A stretch of 61,966 bases of DNA, counting the filler, from Globobulimina sp. (Eukaryota): NCBI GenBank assembly GCA_003354225.1. It is 18 parts of 18 records of this genome, joined end to end, with 100 filler letters (N's around TTAATTAATTAA, not from the genome) between each part and the next. Parts side by side here need not be neighbours in the genome. Positions count along the whole stretch, not along the records: positions 10,357 to 13,708 come from PIVH01003003.1; positions 13,809 to 17,159 come from PIVH01003004.1; positions 17,260 to 20,610 come from PIVH01003005.1; positions 20,711 to 24,058 come from PIVH01003006.1; 14 more parts are not named here. One strand, written 5' to 3'. Made by a program: the position numbers and the translations under genes. Shown one piece after another: positions 11,881 to 24,158 of the stretch. Under the pieces are notes generated by a model. That model was not told where the DNA came from. It worked only from the letters and a program-made list of their open reading frames with translations, and searched no databases. The stretch's first letter is position 1. Every line of letters starts with the position of its first letter.

Positions 11881-13708
11881 ATGTCTAATTATATCGATCA
11901 CAAAGAGCATAGTACGTATATCATACGATCAAAACACCAAACGTCATCCATCTGCAGTACAAACCATTAATTAAATAACAATATTAAAAACAATATATAC
12001 AGAAAAAGCGATTTTTGACCAATTGATCCTATCTGGATATACGAAAAATTATATCCGAAGAGCGTTAAAAGTATACGAGGTTAACAAATAAAATACATTT
12101 AATTATCATAAAACTATAAATCAAAATGCAAAAAAAAAAATAGAGAAATTATGGTGTCAACTACAATACAGACGTTATTGCAGAAATCATCCGTCGATTA
12201 CAAAAAAAAGACAAAGTTGAGTTATTTTCACATGGTTACGAGTGATGTTATTATATTTATGATACCCAAACAGAACAAAGCTAAACAAAGCAGTCACACA
12301 AAGTCACACTCAGAAACCTTTGATATTTCGCAAGCATTTCCACCTCAACCCACACACTCCAAACACAACAACAATAATAACAATAAAAATACACAAAAAC
12401 ACTATGAAATGGATAACAAAATAGATAATAATGAATGTGATGAATATGAAAAAGGCGATATTGTACAATATAAACAATACACCGCAGAGATTATCAATAT
12501 TGCAGATAAGGGCAGATCACTAGAAATATCATATCCAATCAACGGATATTCCGAATATCATCGTAAACGAATCTGGGTAAACATAAATGATATAAAATAT
12601 ACTGTCAAAGTCGCACAAAATAAGAACAAACACAAGAAAAAGAAAAAGAAGGACAAGGATAAGGGTGACGCCATGTTATTATTAGACAAACCATCCACGA
12701 ATTATACGCAAGACAACGATGAGATTGACCATGAAAATGAGGACAATGAGCGTATATTTGGCAATCACATCCGAAGCAGTAAGAGTTTTAACGGGAATGA
12801 TTCGTCAGAGATATCAATGTCAAATCAGTCATCGCATCCTAAACATCATAGATCGCGGAGTAGCAATAACCATCACAATCATAGTCATAATCGCAATCAT
12901 AGCCATCAGGTATTTGCCAGATACAATAAGCATAATAATAGTCATAGTCATCGATACGATTATGGCGGCTATCACGGACACAATGGACATAATAATAATA
13001 ATAATGAACATTTGAAGCTGATGAAATGGATAAATATACTCAAAACATGTATAGATAATAAGAACAATAATCCGTTTCATAATGATTTGATTGTCACTTT
13101 TGATGAATTAAAAGAATATATCTTAAACAATCCAAATTGGGAATATTTAATCAAATACAATGTATTAAATGTCATATCATATCTAATCACAAGCATTTTA
13201 AATAAGAAATATGTCAACATTTGGCACAAAATCATCACTCTCTCGTTAGATATCTTAATTATTTTAATTGATTACTATCTTAAACTCAACAATAAACATA
13301 AAAACAACCCCTACGAATATGTCATCAAAGCCATTATTGATATAATGCGTTATTATGATATTATGCTGGATTATAATATCAAACTATCCTCCATTCTCAT
13401 TTCGTGCTGTTCTATTTTAGGCAAACTAACCTTTGAAAATAATGAAAACATCCAATGTGTACTGAGCTGCAATGGTATTGATGAGATATTAAACATGATC
13501 GGGGAGTGTAAAAATGGAGATGGAGATGGCAAAGATGAATGTAATTACAATTCATTAATCATATCCTGTTTGAACCTGTTATGTGTATTATGTTATAACA
13601 GTAACTACAACAAACAATTCATTAGCAATAACGGTGCAAGTGTCGCCATTTTAGATTTATTAAAACATTTCGTGTCCTTAAAATACCATATCGGCGACCA
13701 ACACATCA
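11881..13708 (+). CDS. ARM/HEAT-repeat protein with UBA-like N-terminus and His/Asn-rich linker, 3'-partial
   Basis: Introns 11912-12002, 12080-12143 and 12216-12273 give a continuous frame. ARM-like segments (ENIQCVLSCNGIDEIL, NKQFISNNGASVAIL). Confidence 0.6.
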
Positions 13709-13808
13709 NNNNNNNNNNNNNNNNNNNNNNNNNNNNNNNNNNNNNNNNNNNNTTAATTAATTAANNNNNNNNNNNNNNNNNNNNNNNNNNNNNNNNNNNN
13801 NNNNNNNN

Positions 13809-14396
13809 TGCATTTTCGATCTTGTCCAATGACTTGAATGCTTTGTTTCTTCTCCATTTATTTAATTGTGATACTAAATCGCCATAAATTCGATCTAATT
13901 TGACTTGAAATACTTTGTTATTTACCACCCGCTTGGAATGCGGGTAATTCTCCACAAAATAAGTCCATTTTAATTTAATTTCATAGTTTTTGAGGATATT
14001 TATAATTTGATTTGATTTTAATTGTTCATCAATATCCATTATAATATGATTAATATCGATGGGATAAAACTTTTTGCTGCTTTTCGAGTCATACGATTTG
14101 ACTCTATATTTCCAAATATTGCCGAATTGTAATCTCACATTTGATAAAATCGCAAATGTTGGGATTGTTTTGATGTCGCCATCGCCTTTGGGGTGAATTG
14201 AGCGCCATTTTAACGTGGTATTTGATATGGGTTTGGGCCCAACGAAGTCATCGCTTTCAAATTCATATGATTCTGTTTCGTCGCTTGAGACTTGAGATGA
14301 TGTTGATGTTGATGTTGGAGATGATGTTGACGTTGATGTTGATTCATCATTTGATGTTGATTCATCATTTGATGTTGATTCATCGCTTGATGTCAT
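13809..14396 (-). CDS. Hypothetical protein with N-terminal STSNDE repeats, 3'-partial
   Basis: ATG at 14396; 18-nt tandem repeats at about 14335-14396; frame open to the contig edge. Confidence 0.45.
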
Positions 14397-14776
14397 CTGA
14401 CTTGAAATGTTAATTATGTTAATTATCAAAAAAAACTTGATTTTGAGGATGATTGAGGATGATTTTAAAAAGCGCAGGTTTGGTCCCTGAAAAAAAAAAA
14501 AAATACTCAATTGTACAAAAAAATATTCTAAGATTGGTGGTGAAGACGATTTTGCATGAAAGTCAATATTCGCGGTGAGAATCCAATATTAATTTTTCTC
14601 CATTTCACAATATTACTGGACTAATCTCAAAACAAGTTCCGAGTGGCAAACACGTAAAATGTTAAGTTTATTTAATGTAATAATATAATTTATAGTATAC
14701 CTTTACTTTACATAGAGAGAAGTCGGATGGCTGTTTTTATTCAGATCCAGATATCGATGGGCCATCAATATCACTC

Positions 14777-16615
14777 ATGTCCAACATACCCGATTCCAAC
14801 ATACAAACAAATGAAACAAAACCATGCAAACAGACAAATAATGTGTCAACAGAAATAATAACACCAAAAAATACAACACCGAATAGGAATAATAGCAATA
14901 ATAGCAATACAAATGCAGATTCTATGCAAGTGCATACAATAACTAATCATAACGTATTTGATCCAAATTATAACGTATTTGATCACAATACAAATGGGAA
15001 TACAAATACAGAGAAGAAAACAAATAAAGCCATGGCTCGGCAAACACGTACTATTCACAAAACCAATCAATATCAATCATTGTCCGACAAGAATAATAAT
15101 TATAACACATATATAAGTGTACATACATGGAATAATGTAAAGCATATAAATCAGAGTAACAATAATTACATCCGGAATAGGAACGGGAATGCGACCATGT
15201 CCGCTAATGCTAATTCGAATGATACATCTAATAAATCCATATCAATTACCGGTATCCCCGCAAGTATGAATGAGCATATATTACGATCAGAATTGCAACG
15301 TAATCAGTTAGTAAACATAAGATATTGTGACCCGCTGTGTGATGATCCAAATCAACCACACTTTAAACAATGCAAAAGAATGGATTTATGCAATATGGAG
15401 GATAAAAATAAATTGATTCAGCAATGTGAAATCGGACAATTATCAGTGAATGGAAAATTGATCTCTGTTAAATCATACAACAAACCATTATCATATACTA
15501 ATACTAAGCAGAATCATATACAGCATAAAAATAAAAAGCGATCATATTCCCGCAGTAGATCTAGATCGCCAACATCACGCCATCATAGACTTAGAAATGG
15601 AGACAGATACAGAGATAAAGGGGATAGAAGACATAGACATAGACGTAAACAGAGACGTAATGCAAATAATAGGAATGATGGGTCTTCACACAGACATTCA
15701 AGAGATAGACGACATAAAAAATATCGACATCACAGTCATAGCGCCAGTCCACAATCACACAGTGATAGAGATGCAAATATTTGTAATATGGCACCTGCAG
15801 CACTAGAAAGTGGGGAAATGGAAATTGAAGAGGAAGAGATTGCTTCACCGCCCCCAGCACCAAAGGCATGCTCCGCGTATTTACCACAAAATGCATCCAC
15901 ATCAAAACCAAAGAAAACAAACAAACATAATAATGACAATGACAATGATTCATCGGATGCAAATCATGAAATATCGTTGGATATGGCAACAAAGATAAGT
16001 TTGACGGATACATTTCGTATATTTGGCTGTGATGCTGCGGGAATTATAAAGTCCGCACAAGATATTATTCGACGACCAGCAAAGCCATGGACAGTTACAC
16101 TATGCGTAGAAGGTGATGGTGATGGTGGTTCAGGTGACATTTTAGCAATGATTCGAGTACGTATTGACAATACAAAGTTGGTGAAAGAGTATCAATGTCC
16201 ACAGATGGTGTTTTATCAACGGGCGAACTGTGTATCCGCTGATTACTGTCAATATATAAGGAATAATGATCTGAGTAACAGTGAGTGTCTATTTATGGAG
16301 AATGTGTGCATACAATTTGTGGCTGCGTATCATGAGAGAAGCAAGAAACAATTGGATTCATTCCAGAAACAGTTGGATGATGAAGAGAAGAAGCCGGTGT
16401 TTATGAATCCGCGCTTGTTTAATAAAGGACATATTGTTGCATTGAAGATATTGAGTGTGGAATGGTGGAATGGTGCGTGTACTATGAATGGTGTAATTGT
16501 TAAAATATCGAAACCGTATTCGAGTACCAGTAATGAGATCAATTTGTTTTCATTCCATAAGCAACAAATACCAGTACCGGCACCAATGGCGGTGACAGTG
16601 ACAAAGCAATTTTAA
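14777..16615 (+). CDS. Putative RNA-binding protein (degenerate RRM plus RS/Arg-His-rich region)
   Basis: SISITGIPASMNEHILR (RNP2-like), RSYSRSRSRSP; 612-aa ORF. Confidence 0.55.
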   Translation: MSNIPDSNIQTNETKPCKQTNNVSTEIITPKNTTPNRNNSNNSNTNADSMQVHTITNHNVFDPNYNVFDHNTNGNTNTEKKTNKAMARQTRTIHKTNQYQSLSDKNNNYNTYISVHTWNNVKHINQSNNNYIRNRNGNATMSANANSNDTSNKSISITGIPASMNEHILRSELQRNQLVNIRYCDPLCDDPNQPHFKQCKRMDLCNMEDKNKLIQQCEIGQLSVNGKLISVKSYNKPLSYTNTKQNHIQHKNKKRSYSRSRSRSPTSRHHRLRNGDRYRDKGDRRHRHRRKQRRNANNRNDGSSHRHSRDRRHKKYRHHSHSASPQSHSDRDANICNMAPAALESGEMEIEEEEIASPPPAPKACSAYLPQNASTSKPKKTNKHNNDNDNDSSDANHEISLDMATKISLTDTFRIFGCDAAGIIKSAQDIIRRPAKPWTVTLCVEGDGDGGSGDILAMIRVRIDNTKLVKEYQCPQMVFYQRANCVSADYCQYIRNNDLSNSECLFMENVCIQFVAAYHERSKKQLDSFQKQLDDEEKKPVFMNPRLFNKGHIVALKILSVEWWNGACTMNGVIVKISKPYSSTSNEINLFSFHKQQIPVPAPMAVTVTKQF

Positions 16616-17259
16616 GCATGGCACAATCGATACAATTAATCATAGGAATTGATTTTTGTTTTGTGTTGGGTATTGAACGTGAAATTAATTGAAAGATGTT
16701 GTTTTAGTAATTTTTGTTTTTTACTTTTTGTTGTTTTTATTATATTGAATTAATTAGGCACCATAATTCAAATAGAATTAACTCCGCGCATAATCTGTGT
16801 AATAATCTCAGCATTGTAGTGATGCAAAGTTGGTTTGCTTAAGCATCTAAACCTGACAGCTGCTACCCTGTTACATGGGTGATCTGCTCTCTTTAAGCTC
16901 TGGTGATAATGACGAGCCGTTAATCAGCACTAAACCATTGATCAGAGATCCAATAAAGTCAAATAAGAGCACACAAGTCGATCATTGTCAAGAGATCGAG
17001 ACATGTTTAGCATTAAACATGTTAATAAAAATTCTGCAATTTTATCAAAACTATAACCTATGGGAGCGGTAACGCTCAGAAACCCCTGGAAATCATTATT
17101 TGGCTTTGGGTGTGATAGAATTGCAGCTGCAATTCATAATCAACGGTCATCGCAAATCANNNNNNNNNNNNNNNNNNNNNNNNNNNNNNNNNNNNNNNNN
17201 NNNTTAATTAATTAANNNNNNNNNNNNNNNNNNNNNNNNNNNNNNNNNNNNNNNNNNNN

Positions 17260-17511
17260 AATGACCGATAATTGATTTTTGTAATTCATTTAATTTAATA
17301 TTTGTAGTTGGTAATGGTTTTGGCTTTTTTTCCCGTGATATATTGATTTTTTTTTTATGCATTGTATGAGTGAAATAATGGAATAATGATGTTTTAATTA
17401 ATGATGATTTTTGAGATCAAATAATTTAATTATAAACTGTGTAAATTCTAGTTTTGTTAATTGATCCATTAATAATCTCAATTTTATTGCGCTAACTACT
17501 GGTGTAGCCAT
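17260..17511 (-). pseudogene. Frameshifted fragment of a hypothetical (F-box-like) gene
   Basis: MATPVVSAIKLRLL... stops early. Downstream frames give SLFHYF and IKLNELQKSIIGH. Confidence 0.3.
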
Positions 17512-17855
17512 GGTGACCTATTACTTTTTTCTAAACGATGCGCATTTTAATTGAGAGATAATTACCACAGCCAATGGTGATAGCTTCTTTCTTGTATACA
17601 TGAAATGTTAATTGTAGCCTTTGGATCTACTCTGAACAAAACGGTGGAATTGCAAAAAAGATTGAAAATTTGAAATTAAAATATGTTACTATAGGAAAAA
17701 AGGTAACAACAAATAAATAATCCAACCGGTAAAGTTTGTGCAATGTAGATGAGTGCACATAACCCGGTCGAAAACAATGCAGATTTTGGAGATGCATACA
17801 ACCACAAATTACAATACATATATATACAAAATTAATATTACAATTGCAATATAAC

Positions 17856-20009
17856 TTATAATCGAGTGGAGTTTAACGTTTCTAATTGTGCATTTTCTGC
17901 ATTTTCTGCATTTGGTTTTGATTGATCATCATCTGAATGATCAGATTTTTGATTTTCACCCGGCTCCATATTAATTATTGTGCTTGGATTTAATTTTTGA
18001 TTATTTCTCTCCTTTATCTGTTCCAAAGGCGCCATATTTATATGTACATTATGTAGACTCTCCGCCAATCCATCATATGCATGATCCGAATTGACCGAAT
18101 ACGAATCATGCGATAATTTAGCAATATGGTTCGATGTATAAACTCTCATTTGTTCGATCCTGCGTTTCTGAATTGGTGTTACTTTGGCTGGTAAAGGAGG
18201 GTCAGTCATCCATGCAACATTCCAGCACGAATCCACCTTAAATGGCAAATATTTCTCCTTCAATTTTACAGTCATATCAATTCGTTGGTATTTATGTTTA
18301 GCATAATTCTGCAGAAACTCTTTAACGAATCCACGCAATCCCTCAAATACAGAACGATACGCCACATCATATGACTTAATATTAAATTTGCAACTTCCCA
18401 CAGCTCGCTCCATATTATTTAATATTACATCCTGCGCATTTTGTGTGATATGTACGTTTTTCATTGCATTATTCTTGCAATATAATTGATAGATTTCTTT
18501 CAGGTTTTTCCTATTAAACTTCTTCTTTAACCTCGTGACACAAACTAAGAAGTCCAATTGATACGTTCTCGCATACTCATCGCATAACTGCTTGAATGAT
18601 AATAACATTTTCTTTTCCGTGGCATCCCGACATAGCAACATTTCTTCCAAAGCAGTCACCGGATCGAAATAACCTAAACCTAAGTACGTATCCAATGTGT
18701 TTATAGCAACACTTTCGTTCTTATACAGTGTTTTCAACACTACATTCCACAAAAACACACAAATTAAAAGTTGCGACATAACTCCAATGATAATGGCAAA
18801 AGTCTGCAATCCAAAGTGCTTAAATCCGCCATAAACCAAACCAGCGTCACTTCCCTCAACACTGCCATTTGCAAATACTCCCTCTAAGAAAATACCCAAC
18901 AATCCAGGCATGAGATGCACGGAAGTTACACATAATGGGTCATCCACATACAATTTCTCTCGAACGTAGTAAGCAGTGACAAAATACATAGGAACAGCAG
19001 CAATACCAACAACACACGCAGCCCAATAAGGCACTGTATAACAGCACGCGGTGACCGTCACCAATCCAGCGAGAATGCATGATACCAAATCCTCAAAATT
19101 CACCATTTCGTGCGACGACTTACTTTTTGCTCTGCTATATATCAGACATGTCACTGCACTGCAACATGGAGCTAATAATACATTCAATCCGCACTCTGCC
19201 AAATTGGCCCCGATGTCCAAACTACAGCAATATTGATATAGATGTATACGGAAACGGTGTATATAAATAGTAATTAACTGAGCAACCAAAGGTGACGTGA
19301 TATTAAATGCAAACCATCCGTACCATAAAATAAATGCGCCAATCACCATCAATGCAGGTTGCTTAGCGGGATGTGCTGGCATTAATTTATATTTTGTAAC
19401 TTGATCTGATTCTGACGCTGGATATTCGTCATCCTGTACCTGTTCAGACACTAATGAGCCTTTTCTCGGACCCAAATTGTACACAGCAATGAAGCCCGCC
19501 ATGCCTCCAACGACATGGACAACGAAGGCCCCGCCACAGTCAACAATTCCTAATTTGTGTAGAAAGCCCTCGTTGTTCCACATCCAGCAATTGGCGAAGG
19601 AATAATTTATTAATAAAACGAGGAATGCGTAGGTTATATACGCTGAGTTCTTCATCCTTTCTAAGACCGCACCACTTATGATTGTGACGCAGGTGGTGGC
19701 ATAGCAGGTATTGAGGAAAACAGAGGCATGCAATGATTTATCTACGCCAATCAATAATATGTTATCTGGTTTGCCAATAATACCAAAGTAGGTGGCTCCA
19801 GTGGTTAATGTATATCCTATCATAATATACGTTAATGCCCCGATGAAAGTGTCTTCAATGTTTTTAATGATTATGGATTTTGCCCACATTTTATCAACAT
19901 ATCCCACCTCAAAACATAAAAATCCCAGCTGCATAAAGAAAATCTGCGATGCTGCGGTTGACAACCATCCAATCTCTAATTCCAAGTGGTCTAATTGTGC
20001 AGAGGACAT
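17856..20009 (-). CDS. amt: Amt/Mep ammonium transporter with C-terminal RGS-like domain
   Basis: FFMQLGFLCFEVG, IISGAVLER, DCGGAFVVH, LWYGWFAFN, DDPLCVTSVH. In-frame 57-nt intron 19222-19278. C-terminal LDFL..V..LK..EIYQLYC..A..VHI..YDVAY..V RGS-like pattern. Confidence 0.9.
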   Translation of the reverse strand: MSSAQLDHLELEIGWLSTAASQIFFMQLGFLCFEVGYVDKMWAKSIIIKNIEDTFIGALTYIMIGYTLTTGATYFGIIGKPDNILLIGVDKSLHASVFLNTCYATTCVTIISGAVLERMKNSAYITYAFLVLLINYSFANCWMWNNEGFLHKLGIVDCGGAFVVHVVGGMAGFIAVYNLGPRKGSLVSEQVQDDEYPASESDQVTKYKLMPAHPAKQPALMVIGAFILWYGWFAFNITSPLVAQLITIYIHRFRIHLYQYCCSLDIGANLAECGLNVLLAPCCSAVTCLIYSRAKSKSSHEMVNFEDLVSCILAGLVTVTACCYTVPYWAACVVGIAAVPMYFVTAYYVREKLYVDDPLCVTSVHLMPGLLGIFLEGVFANGSVEGSDAGLVYGGFKHFGLQTFAIIIGVMSQLLICVFLWNVVLKTLYKNESVAINTLDTYLGLGYFDPVTALEEMLLCRDATEKKMLLSFKQLCDEYARTYQLDFLVCVTRLKKKFNRKNLKEIYQLYCKNNAMKNVHITQNAQDVILNNMERAVGSCKFNIKSYDVAYRSVFEGLRGFVKEFLQNYAKHKYQRIDMTVKLKEKYLPFKVDSCWNVAWMTDPPLPAKVTPIQKRRIEQMRVYTSNHIAKLSHDSYSVNSDHAYDGLAESLHNVHINMAPLEQIKERNNQKLNPSTIINMEPGENQKSDHSDDDQSKPNAENAENAQLETLNSTRL

Positions 20010-20149
20010 GGTTTAGTTAATTTTTCGACGCTTTTCGAATTTCAGATACGCTCCTTTAAACTTGTCTAGCTCCAAATTTATATTGCGCAATATTAGCACT
20101 TTTATTTTGAACTCTTTGCAACTTTTAAACTGAGATCTTTCATTTATGT

Positions 20150-20233
20150 TTCAAATTATTACTTAAACACAAAAACAAACTATTTAAAAATATTTCAATT
20201 ATTACTTAAACACAAAAACAAACAATTTAAAAT
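20150..20233 (+). repeat. Imperfect ~43-bp tandem duplication upstream of the Amt gene
   Basis: ttcaa(a)ttattacttaaacacaaaaacaaac(t/a)atttaaaa occurs twice. Confidence 0.7.
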
Positions 20234-20710
20234 CAATACAATTGTATATAAGAACAATATTAATTAGAACAAATACAACATATTATACTTGCTTCATTTA
20301 TATATTGTATAAAGCAACAATGAAGTAAATGTACACAAGCTCAAATAACATATTTATTGCATAAAATCATGCAATAAATAGTATATAATAAAAAAAGAAA
20401 AACAAAATTAATATAGAAGATAATTGGCTATGTGCAGATTTTACTGTATATTTTTATATTGATACAATCTGCAAATATCACATATCTCCATAATATATAT
20501 AATACCGCATCTTATATATCAGCTTGTATTGATGTTACAAAATATTAATACTATTGCTTTTAATATATATCTAATGACGTTGTAATATGTCCAGCTAAAT
20601 CATTATATGANNNNNNNNNNNNNNNNNNNNNNNNNNNNNNNNNNNNNNNNNNNNTTAATTAATTAANNNNNNNNNNNNNNNNNNNNNNNNNNNNNNNNNN
20701 NNNNNNNNNN

Positions 20711-23700
20711 ATACGAAATGAAAATAATATCAACATTGAACCCGCATTGATCTATGGCACATTATTCAATATAATCAATGATATTATTTACATTTTGCCC
20801 CACAAAGACACTGCAAACAAACAGCTCCATCAACTGATGCAAATATTGAATAATTGCTATGCTAAATTGCCGCATACACAACATATAAACCATAGATTCA
20901 TCCAACTGTTTAATCTCATGTCGACAGCGTCTGATTATTCTGCACTTAAACAGATAAAATTAAGTAATATGAACACGCAGTTTGTCGCTCAAATGGCGCA
21001 CAAATTGAATATATCCGTCAGTCAAATCGCGGCAATGCACAGTTTATACGATTTGATGCAACTTTTTACGACGCAGCCAAAACTTCAAAAAAAAATAGCG
21101 ACAGATATCCATATTGATATTGTTGCTTTTCATTATAATTTGAAACAGCGTCGTTTCGATATGGCATTGGAGACTTTACAGCATTTTAATAAACGCGTGA
21201 TTGAGAAAAGTAATCATAATCAATATTGCTTAGAATCTGCGTTGAAAATCATAACTTTGCCCAGCGACTCAAAAATATGGCGTTCAGGCACTAAGAAAAT
21301 GAGTAAAAATGGATTAACCAATTTGCAGCCGTTGAAATTAGAGATTGCGTCCATTCTAAATCTGTGTATCTGTGCCGTATCACAACTGCCCATCAATCAG
21401 AACGAAATGGCGAATGTATTAGCTCCGTTGGAACATATTTTGGAGCATATAACCAAGGAACACGGCTCCATGAAAATCTGTCATGACATGTTTTATAAAA
21501 TATTATCGACGCAGGAATTGCCGTTACCAGTCCCATTGGTGTCGAAATATTTACATTTATACGCGGAATACGATGAGTTTTTATCTTCGCCGATACAGAC
21601 TATCGAAAATATATTAAAACGATATATTCCGCCCGTGATTATCTCGTCGAATGCTACACATTTCGATGATAAATGTGGCTTAAAAGAGTGGAGTGTGATG
21701 AGTAAAAGTGATGGTATCGATGACAAATTAGATCCATTCAATTTGTTTAAGTCAGACAATGGCTATAAAATATTACCAATGCAAATCTATGAGCAAATGT
21801 TGAAATTATTGCATCAATATTCAAGTGTGCATGGCCTGGGTTTGTTGCATTTGAATGTGGAGAATCATGGAATAAATAAAGCTATCATAGAATGTGCAGA
21901 GTTTGTGTGGAGAATCATGGAATGGGACGGATACTGCGGAGATGTCAATATTTATAACTCAATGTTGGATATCTTATGTAAATGGGATGAGATTACGGCC
22001 GCATTGTCTTTGTTTGAGCAAATGGTCGGTGATCATAAGTTTAATCACAACAAATATGGCTACATTGAACCAAATAATACAACTTTATATATTTTAGCCG
22101 ATGCTATGGTGCATCCTGACAATATTACTAATTTTGTGCGTAATATAGCACCGCAAGAATATAAAAACGATTTATCGAACAAAATAAAACATTTACAGCA
22201 CAAATCATGGTTCAATATCTACAAACATAGAGGGCAAATATTAAATGATTTGTCTTTTAGTGAGCGGTCGAAATGGGTCAATATTCAAAAGAAATATGGT
22301 GACATTGCACATAAAGAAAGCAATGAATTGTTTTTTGCATTTTTCCCGCGAACACAGTTTGTAATGGCGACTGCCTTGAATCGATTGGAGGAAATCAGCG
22401 CAGTGTTGAACGACAACGCAAGTGAATGGTTAGATAATTTAATCCAATGCTATGTCATTCAGTTTTTGCCGGATTACAAACATATATTCAAAGTACGTCC
22501 ACATACACTTCGAATGCAAATTATTCGCCAAATCTGTGACAGCAAAAGTTATTTTTATTTTATATATGTTTTTGTTTGAATAGAATAGAAACAATAAATG
22601 TTTTTGTCATTATATAGCCCGACTTGGATTTGAGACGACTGCGACAGAGAAAGTTGTCAACAAATTATGGCATTTGGTGCAGGAATTTCGTATGTCCACT
22701 CATATATTATTTAAATTTTATTTTATTTATGTTTTTGTTGTTGAGGATCAGGAAATAAATATTCGGTGAAAATATCGCATTCTAAATTCCAAAGAGACTG
22801 TGGTTGGACAATAAGTGATCTCAAGAAATTATTTTCTGTGCCAACATTATCTGCATTCATCAAAGCGGACAAACATAATTTTATATTAACTCCATCTTTT
22901 GCAAAGTCATTATTTTCGAGCAAACCGACTGTAGAAAATGCACAGGATACGAATGAGATAAATATTATTGACACAGAATGTGCAGAAAGCAAATCCATAT
23001 CGGAATTAATTAAGTTACAGGAAACTATTAATGGGAAACCTGCGCAGTTTACATCGCAACTGACAGTAAATCCATTTGCTATTAATATTGAACATGATAT
23101 GGAAAAAACAGAGGAGATTACATGTACAGCTGATAAAAACATGACAAATGATTTATTTCTTGGTAATATAGAATGGTGGCAATCGCAGTATCAATGTTTG
23201 CGGCCAACATTAATGCCGCAAGCACTGAGTGCACCGGAATTGTCTCGAAACGCAGAACATTGTAAGAATACGATATTTTGTAAACAAATTAATAGTGATT
23301 GGCAGTTGTTTGATGAGAATAAATACATTTGTGACTTATTAGAGTCATCCTGCAATCTATGGACATTAATGCATGTTTCATCATTATTTTATCGATCATT
23401 TAATTGGAATAATTCTCGTTTGGCGTTGCTTCGCATAACAACAGAGCTAAGTGGTCGTAGTCGGCCATTTAATGATCTCTCAGTCGAGGTTTATAACGAA
23501 TTATTAAATAACAGTGAGACTAAGTTATTATTCCAACGAACACTGCAACATTTATTTTGGTTAACTGGTCAAGAATATATTTATAATTACCAACTGTATT
23601 TTGGATGGAAAGGATATAATACAATTATAACCTCCTTGCATTGGATATATTTAATGCTTAAAATGGATGACAAACAAATAGGTATTGTACATAATAAATA

Positions 23701-24058
23701 TTTAATTCATTTTATCAAAGCAGATAAAAGTATAACCGGTAACGATTTGTGTTATTTGCTCGCGGCACGAATTGAAGGCGGATTATTCAATAAAAAAAAT
23801 AACAAAAATATTAGCTATGTAAGCGATACCACACAAGCTATATTTGACAGATTATTTTTGCTGTTTAATAATACAAATGACATTGCACAGTATTTAATGG
23901 ATAATAAATTATTTGATACTATTGATCGCTTAATCCATTCAATAAAGAAATACCCACATTTGATATGTTCGAATGACTGGAAATATAATGCTGGAAATGA
24001 GAGTGTTTTTGTATCACAATTTCTAATCGATTTGTTATTGTCAATGGAGAGGAAATTA
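20711..24058 (+). CDS. Large helical-repeat protein with at least one PPR motif, partial at both ends
   Basis: VNIYNSMLDILCKWDEITAALSLFEQM...IEPN PPR motif. Introns 22548-22618 and ~22690-22751 join the two ORFs. Confidence 0.55.
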
Positions 24059-24158
24059 NNNNNNNNNNNNNNNNNNNNNNNNNNNNNNNNNNNNNNNNNN
24101 NNTTAATTAATTAANNNNNNNNNNNNNNNNNNNNNNNNNNNNNNNNNNNNNNNNNNNN

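Noticed and set aside
16760-17159. Compositionally different contig end, possibly another foreign fragment
   Set aside because: No recognisable ORF or RNA motif, so no call can be supported.
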